Assembly (NCBI GenBank): GCA_024626585.2
Contig: JANKJI020000004.1
Coordinates: 168,658,788 to 168,680,310, forward strand
DNA length: 21,523 bases
Source of the DNA: Ginkgo biloba
Taxonomy: Eukaryota; Plantae; Ginkgophyta
Direction: 5' to 3'
Shown: positions 13,603 through 21,523 of the stretch, piece by piece
Layout: each line of letters begins with the position of its first letter
Numbering within the stretch: position 1 is the first letter of the stretch
Made by a program: the position numbers and the translations under genes
The notes under the pieces: model-generated
Told to the model about the DNA's origin: nothing
What the model saw: the letters and a program-made list of their open reading frames with translations, nothing else
Databases searched by the model: none

Positions 13603-13730
13603 GACTCATTCTCCCTTCTTCATTTTTCATTCCTCATTATGCAAAATATCTTGTTTCTTAAGAGAGTGAAGCGACTCATTTTCCTTGGAGAGAAGGCAGT
13701 TTTATGAAACATTCATTCGACTCATTCTCC
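13603..13730 (+). repeat. Three copies of a 12-bp motif GACTCATTYTCC in AT-rich LTR-like sequence
   Basis: Copies start at 13603, 13673 and 13719. Confidence 0.55.
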
Positions 13731-16379
13731 ATCTCCCTCCATAGCTACTGGAAACTATCTTTCACCAGAAAATCATTTAGCAACCAACAATCAATCTGAG
13801 CAAATCCTTTTTATACTCAATCTGAGGTTTGCATTGGTTTAGAATAGGAGATGGTATGATTTTCTTAGTTTTATTTAGAATTCTAAATTTGCATGCATAC
13901 ATTCTGGCATGCCTAGTGGGATGTTGAACCCATAGTCCTATGATGCAGTGTTGCATATTGTTTTGCCCCTGCTATCACATTTTGTGTTTTGAATCATCAT
14001 GCATCTACTATCTAATATTTTTGTAGTTACAAATTTGACATCTCTCATTTCTGACATCGCCTCTGTGCAGGTTTGACATTGCTCATATATGCTAACATTT
14101 CTCTCATAGCCTTCATTAATCTTTGCATTCATTAATATTTGGCGTTCCACTATTTGGCATTTTTGAGTTGCATAGTTTTAGGCGTTTGTCGTTTTGCCCG
14201 TTTAGTCATTTTTTTTGCGATTGCTTTAGGAGATTCGATCTTTAGGCTTACTTTCTTACTGCATCTATGTTCAATTTTATTGGCATCTCTGTGTATGATT
14301 TATTTATCAACATCTCTATGGAGGATTATCAACATTTTTGCAGATTGTAAACATCATTGTGCCGGCTTTACACAGACTCGACTGTTGTGAGAATCTAACT
14401 TCCTATTTCGTCTAGAGGAAGATCTACTTTCAACTTGCTTACATGGTTCCATAGTAGAGAACCTTGAAACCTATGACTTTGTGTTCACATCCCATTTTTC
14501 ATGTTTCATAGGATAGATGATTAGCAGTTCCTTTTCTCATCCCCAAAGTCTGAGATGTCGATTCAGTTTTATCGTTGCTATTTGTCTTCATAAGCAGGTG
14601 TAAGGTGTTGAACGATCAATGTGTTTAGGCTGCAATGTGTTTACAAGAAAATGTCATAATTGCTATAATTATGGGATTATTTTCTACCATGCCTGCAGTG
14701 TTAAGAAGTCGCTTAAATTATCTCTGGGCCCAAACCAAAATGAACCTTATCGTGTCTCTGATAATGGCAATGTCAAGTTGAAGAAAGCTTTAGAAGCTAG
14801 TAGAAAATCATCCATCATCCCCTCAAGTCTTAGATTGATCCATCTATTGGATGTTGAACAGAGTTTAGAGCATTCTGCTAGCGTCTTTGTCACACAGTTC
14901 AATAGACCATTGGCGTCTTCTTTTTAGGCAGATGTTTAATATTTTTTTGTTGCTATCCCAAGTTTGTGTAANNNNNNNNNNNNNNNNNNNNNNNNNNNNN
15001 NNNTTATCCCACGACCTTCCAGATCTTACACATCCTCTTCCATTTGCAAAGACTTTGAATCATCATGCTTATTTTTATACATTTTATCTTCTCTTTTGGC
15101 CACATATGGTGTATCATCATGTTGTCTGTCGAGTTTGATGAAGAAATCCACTATTGTAAAGGAGAAATAATTAGCATGCAGATTTTTACAAGTGCAAAGA
15201 ACGAAACTTNNNNNNNNNNNNNNNNNNNNNNNNNNNNNNNNNNNNNNNNNNNNNNNNNNNNNNNNNNNNNNNNNNNNNNNNNNNNNNNNNNNNNNNNNNN
15301 NNNNNNNNNTTACTTATCATTCAAAGACCTAAATAGAAACAATGCAAGGGTACTTTTTATGGCAAGGAGATGTATGCATAATTTCATACATTAAAACATT
15401 AGGGGCATTACCTGCTTAGAAAAGAGACCCTTATACACTCAGATCACAAGCCATAAAAATATTTTCAAACTCAATCCAAGCTATAAAATACCAGGAATCT
15501 CTAATGGGTTGCATACTTGCAATAGTTCAATATTGTTATCAAGTATAATAAAAGTACCAATAATAGGATTATTAACTTTATCTAGACCCCTTATTTTTTA
15601 TTTAAGCTCCTTTATCAAAATTGATTACTTTTACTTTAAAGCATTTAATGAACTTTACAAGAATGACAAAGATTTTATAGAAATATACTCTACCATGCAA
15701 TAACCAACAATGTTGCAAGATGAGTAGCTAAGATATTATCATTTCAATGATAAAATTTTACACAAGTGCAATATGTTTGATATAAGGAGGGAATTAATCT
15801 TAGTGAATTNNNNNNNNNNNNNNNNNNNNNNNNNNNNNNNNNNNNNNNNNNNNNNNNNNNNNNNNNNNNNNNNNNNNNNNNNNNNNNNNNNNNNNNNNNN
15901 NNNNNNNNNNNNNNNNNNNNNNNNNNNNNNNNNNNNNNNNNNNNNNNNNNNNNGTGATATCACAGAAAGAACCTTCACACAGGCATCATAACAGTGTAGT
16001 TTTACAATGTAGAAAATAAAATACGTTATGCACACATAAAGCAATTATAAATTCTCATTAATAAAAAATGACAAGGTACATCAATATTTGTAATAAACAA
16101 ATATGAGGTGGTTGTTGAACTTAAGTTCAATTGGGTGAATAATCCCAAAATAGAAAATATTCCATCACTCAATTTTAGTCTAATTGAAGATAAAGGACAC
16201 CTCATCTCAAAAGATGACACTTCATCTAGTGAAATGATACCTCACTAGATAAGGTGACTCCTAACGTCTAATGACTCATAGTCTAACTGGTGATTAATAT
16301 TTTGATTTACCATATAGATTTATTCAATAATAATGAATCTAACTTAAGAAATAAACCTATCCTAAGGTGCATACAATAA

Positions 16380-16939
16380 ATACAAAGGTGCATGAAATAC
16401 ACCAACATAAGATTCATTAAGATGTGTGTCATGTTGCATTTCTAATACAACTAACAAAAAGTTAAAAAAACATATGCCTTTACCTATGCCAACTAGACCA
16501 CGGGAGTCAATCTCCATGGATTTCCTTAGCAGTTTGCGAACCATCCAAAGAGGAACTTACTACTTATTTTGTAGTAGTAATAAGTTTAATAAGATCACTA
16601 TTATGATTCCTTATAAGAAGACAATCACATGACAACAACCAGTAAAATTATTCTTTGAACGTGTGTGGATACACATTGGATTTCCCACGTCCATCATCTT
16701 AGACAAATATAATAATTTTTTTAGTGATTTTTGGTAGACTCTCTGAACACTGGATGGAAGAGGAGTATGACTTTCCATCCACAAAATGATACTCAATTTG
16801 AAGTTATTAATAGAATAATGATACAACTCTTAAGAATGTACTATTATAAGCATACTAAGACTTAGGATGAAAATATCCTATATATCCAACTTCGTTATAA
16901 TAGAGCTATCCATAGATTCACTAAAAAATAATGATACAA
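16380..16939 (+). mobile_element. Ty3/gypsy integrase fragment (chromovirus, CRM-like), pseudogenised
   Basis: Reads CVSCCISN..NKKL..MPLPMPTRPRESISMDFLSSL..KFNKITIMIPYKKTIT..KLFFERVWIHIGFPTSIILD..FHPQND..EVINR..LLRMY..YNRAIH. This is a decayed PLP.P.RPWESISMDF / FHPQTDGQTEVVNR. Confidence 0.88.
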
Positions 16940-19559
16940 NNNNNNNNNNNNNNNNNNNNNNNNNNNNNNNNNNNNNNNNNNNNNNNNNNNNNNNNNNNNN
17001 NNNNNNNNNNNNNNNNNNNNNNNNNNNNNNNNNNNNNNNCACTTTACGCCTCTGAATGATAATCTCCACAGCATCTCCCTAACTCTTCTCCTCTTTCCTC
17101 TCCTTCTTTTTTCTCTCATTGTTGTCCCCTATTGCCATCTTCCACGGCAAGTGTTAATGGCCAATTATTGCACTGCCAATCAATCCATACTCTCAATATG
17201 GCCACAACTCTTCCAGCCATGCCTCCACCATTCTTCCTTTAATGTTACTTAGAAGAAATCCCATTTTTTTTTTATATAACACTCGATTGCTACATGAAGA
17301 CTCTTTGATCTTATTATGATATTTAATTTGATAGATCAATGGTTGGTCAATGGTGGCAACCCCATTTAATAGCGATCCTTTATGACTTAGCTCAAGGTGG
17401 TGATGTCTAAGCACCTTTGCTTCCCATGTCACTATGTTTTTAAGCTCATCACCTATCGACATGTTTACATTATCTATTGTATTATGCTGCGTAGAGGGAA
17501 CGCAAGATTTAAACACATGGCGTGCTCTCGCCACCCCTAGTGCCTTATCTTTCTTGGTGTTCAAGTTAACGCATAGCATCCCAAAGGTTCTAAGATTGAG
17601 ACACATATCGTAATCCTGCTCCTAGGGTTTGCCACCTTTATCCACACTTCTCCATTAACCATTCTCCTCGAGTGTCTGTGAGTGAACGTGATTAAGATGC
17701 ATAGCAACATTTGAGAACTCCTCTAACTAAGTGCACCTTGGCGATAACCTTTTCATAATGCCCTGAGATGGTCTTGGATGAGGACTTGTGGCATGATCAC
17801 ATGAGCTTTGGGTCTAACCACCTTTATCAAAACTTATTAAGGTTCTCAACCTCAATGATGGAAAGCGTCCTTAGATCCTTCTATGTGGTACAATCTCGCT
17901 AACTCTGAATACATAACCTTTGAGTTTGTCTCCTAGATTTCACTTCCATTGTAAGGGAGGATGTATCACTATTATCCCACATGGCATAATCTCGTTTTGC
18001 GTGCACCCACAGCCTTTTAGGGAAACTCCCCTTATGATTTCCTTCATACCATCCTACGAGCATCTATGATTTACATATGTAGTTGCATCTTGTTGACCNN
18101 NNNNNNNNNNNNNNNNNNNNNNNNNNNNNNNNNNNNNNNNNNNNNNNNNNNNNNNNNNNNNNNNNNNNNNNNNNNNNNNNNNNNNNNNNNNNNNNNNNTA
18201 ATGCCACTAAAGTGGATTTAAAGCATATACGTTAAAGATAAAGAAACAAGGCTATTCCTAGTAGATTTGTGTAATCATTGTGCTACCAGGAGGATTCAAA
18301 AGGCCTAGAATGATGCATGATATAAGGAGGGGCCCATAATATAACTAAAGTGTGTATAGACTATGTACATTAGGACCATTAAGAAAAAAGGAAAACAATC
18401 ACTAGGAATCCATGAGAGGATCTTACGGGTGTTAGGAGGTTATAAATTCCCAAGAGGGCACAACACTCTTCCTAGAAATATACCCTCGACCTGGAACATT
18501 AAGGAAGATAGATAAATTCAATGATGAATAGGGACGATGGTGTATTCAGGGCATTGTAAAGTAAAAATTATTGATCAAACTTGAGAAATATCCTAGGGCA
18601 TGCATGGTGTCTCGTCAGATTCATGAATATGCAACAATCATCCACTCAAATCCTGATAGGTGGTGGTTAGTTATTATCATTTCCCTTAATGAATGAAGAT
18701 GATTAATTATTTTAATGTCTTCCCCTGCATCCTCCACCACCCTTGTGTATTCAAATTTCTATATTCTTGCATGCACTAAGTTATAATATCCCAAGAGTTG
18801 GTATGTATTTAAAAATTCCAAAGATTTTCTAAATCAAACATTTATGATCTACAAATAATATGGTCACATAAGCATCTCGAGTTCATTTACACCTAGAAGA
18901 TCTTGGTTGTAGAAATAATATTTTCATGAGTTGTCTTTTTTCAGCAATAGGCACATGTTCATTCTGGATATCTAAAGGAGTTGAATATCATTTGGACCAC
19001 TATGCTCAAGAATGGGAGTAATTCATTGTAAAAAAAATTGACGGTCAACTCCATCTTGAATATACAAGTCTGATACAATTAGGGATAATAGATTATTCCT
19101 AGGCTCCCATCCTATATTTCCCATGCCCCAATGTGGTGGAAATGCTTCATCATTTTGAGAATGATTCTCTATGGGTTTTAAGATAGAGTAGTCTTAATAA
19201 ATGAAGGATTGTTTAATCATATCATAGGGTTGCCCATTTATAGTGATAGAATTAACCTTAGGGAAGAAGCAAGGAAGATGGCAAGAGAAATAATTATGTA
19301 GAAGTCATAACCAAGATGTGAGGAGGTCGATGTTTAGAACAAATCTAATGATTTTTCTATAAACTAGATAACTAATAAGGGAGATAAGTTAGCATCTAGG
19401 ATTATGGCTAGAATATTTATTGGGGTAGAAATTAACACATGTTTGGGTCATTAATGGGTTGCAAAAGAATCTAAGGTCATTGAAGGAATAGTGTNNNNNN
19501 NNNNNNNNNNNNNNNNNNCTAGAGTCTCAGATGTTCGAATGTCCTTTTCCTATTCCTTT

Positions 19560-19670
19560 CTTGCTTATTATCATCTATATGGATGCCCTAGGATCCCCCA
19601 TATGAGAAATCATGATTGAACTCATATTCACACCTAAAATGAAGAAGGGTAAAGGCCAAAGATAGAGGGG
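19560..19670 (-). mobile_element. Possible decayed retroviral-type aspartic protease motif of a gypsy element
   Basis: PLPFFILGVNMSSIMISHMGDPRASI resembles PPPFYI...H.M.D(S/P)GAS. with a G>R change. Confidence 0.35.
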
Positions 19671-20965
19671 TTGATGCTCATTTGGGGAACATTTATCTAA
19701 TGTTGCAATGGTTGAATGATGGCCTAGGAAAGAGCAAAAAGCTCCNNNNNNNNNNNNNNNNNNNNNNNNNNNNNNNNNNNNNNNNNNNNNNNNNNNNNNN
19801 NNNNNNNNNNNNNNNNNNNNNNNNNCATACAAGATGATAAAAAATGTATTCTTGTCTAGCCTCACCCAGGGTGGATAGAGAAAAGCATTTGGGGCTTTAT
19901 ATAGAAATATTTTTTTAATCATCACATCAGATCTAAAAGGATAATGGTCATCGATTATCCATTGACTTCCCCAATGGCCCAATATCATTATTGGGAGATT
20001 AATAAGGCTCATTTTGTAGAAGATCCCTATAGNNNNNNNNNNNNNNNNNGACTAAGACAATGTAGGCAATTAATGGAAAGAGATTAGAGTTTAGTACAAA
20101 GAGTAAGGGTAACTCTTGAGGATACACTATTATATACTAGTTTGTTTGAATCTAATATTCATGAATTGATTATATCCTCTAAAACTCCTAACTTAAGAAA
20201 TGAATCAAATTAAGATAAGAATCAACCATATAGTAAAATAGTTCCCTTCGTCCGTTATAAGTCAAATCTTCTTGATTCCTTAAAGTACCAAAAGTGACAA
20301 AAAGACTATGAAAGATACACTAATNNNNNNNNNNNNNNNNNNNNNNNNNNNNNNNNNNNNNNNNNNNNNNNNNNNNNNNNNNNNNNNNNNNNNNNNNNNN
20401 NNNNNNNNNNNNNNNNNNNNNNNNNNNNNNNNNNNNNNNNNNNNNNNNNNNNNNNNNNNNNNNNNCCCAGCTATCATTATTGATCAACATGGGGCATAAC
20501 TTACGAGCTCTTTAGGGAAAGAGTTGGGGCCAGTGAAAGAATTAACTATATCACATCCCTTAAACCTCCCTAATGTGGATAAACTGCCTCTTTCCATTGG
20601 CTCATCCCAAGGTCAAGAAGAGATGATTGTCATTATTTTTGTGGTGCCTCTATCTATTGTCCCTCTTGGATTTCTTATACTTCACATGTCAGCATGCACC
20701 CATGATGAATCACCTCCCAATGAAACCAGCAATATGGAGCAATTTGAGGTTGTTTCTNNNNNNNNNNNNNNNNNNNNNNNNNNNNNNNNNNNNNNNNNNN
20801 NNNNNNNNNNNNNNNNNNNNNNNNNNNNNNNNNNNNNNNTCTCTAGGAGCTGCTACTAGGATGCAAGGAAATCAATAGTTCCCTAAGTAACTATTGTAAC
20901 TGAAATTCAATCCTCAAGAATAGGGTCACATGTCAACTAACTATCAAGAGGACAGTTAGTTAGAA

Positions 20966-21053
20966 TTACTAAGAATTACTTAAAGCCTCCTTAGGAAATT
21001 TATAAAAGGTTACTAAGAATTACTTAAAGCCTCCTTAGGAAATTTATAAAAGG
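20966..21053. repeat. Perfect 44-bp tandem duplication
   Basis: ttactaagaattacttaaagcctccttaggaaatttataaaagg occurs at 20966-21009 and 21010-21053. Confidence 0.95.
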
Positions 21054-21523
21054 TTTCAAAAATTTGTTGAAGTTTTTGGTTTTGTAAGTGTCTTTGTTAT
21101 TTATGGGAAAATTTGGTCATCAATTAGTGACACTTTTGTAATCATCCCAAAAGCGAGCAAGTTATTTTTCATAATAGAAAAGAAGGAAGTTTCGTAGAAC
21201 ATTCATTTCTAGATATGATGTAATTTTTTTTATAAATTCTGGCTTCAGGTAAAGCTAATTATTAATGNNNNNNNNNNNNNNNNNNNNNNNTTTTTATTTC
21301 ATCTATTTATATTTTTGAATTGAAAATGAACTTAATTTAAGATATCATACTCCATGATCAGTCTAATAATTTCATCACGTCAATGTGTGGTATGTTATTT
21401 AAGATTCCCCTGCTTCAATATTCAAGTTGTCACTAAATCTTTTCTTTTAACTTTCTCCCACTACTGTATCAAGAGACATGGCTATGCCGACAGATGGCTT
21501 ACAATAATAATCATTTTCTTTTA

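Noticed and set aside
17193-17606. 137-aa minus-strand ORF
   Set aside because: It has no recognisable motif or splice structure and is probably chance or decayed repeat sequence.

Overview
Eukaryotic, AT-rich plant genomic DNA, probably from a gymnosperm (inferred from the retroelement types and heavy C>T/G>A decay). The assembly is very fragmented: ten exact 100-N joins separate blocks of about 1-3.3 kb, and there are many smaller gaps. The only recognisable host gene is a partial class II (TUA2/4/6-type) alpha-tubulin on the minus strand (3621-5525), which lacks exons 1-2. The 5' part of its exon 3 is destroyed by three deletions, while codons ~163-336 and ~338-450 match the plant consensus as I recall it. 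Codons 322-336 occur twice (5 differences in 46 nt), either side of a 100-N gap and an LTR-end/tRNA-iMet PBS/leader segment. That leader runs in frame into the tubulin C-terminal domain, giving a chimeric 158-aa ORF. This is either LTR-retrotransposon capture of (or insertion into) a tubulin gene or a chimeric assembly of paralogues. The rest is decayed retroelement debris: a Reina-like chromovirus 3' end with PPT and LTR, a Tat-like RT-RH-INT fragment, a second gypsy integrase, a second LTR/PBS, a ~97-bp degenerate tandem array and a perfect 44-bp duplication. I see no prokaryotic systems, CRISPR arrays or RNA genes, and no clearly new biological system.
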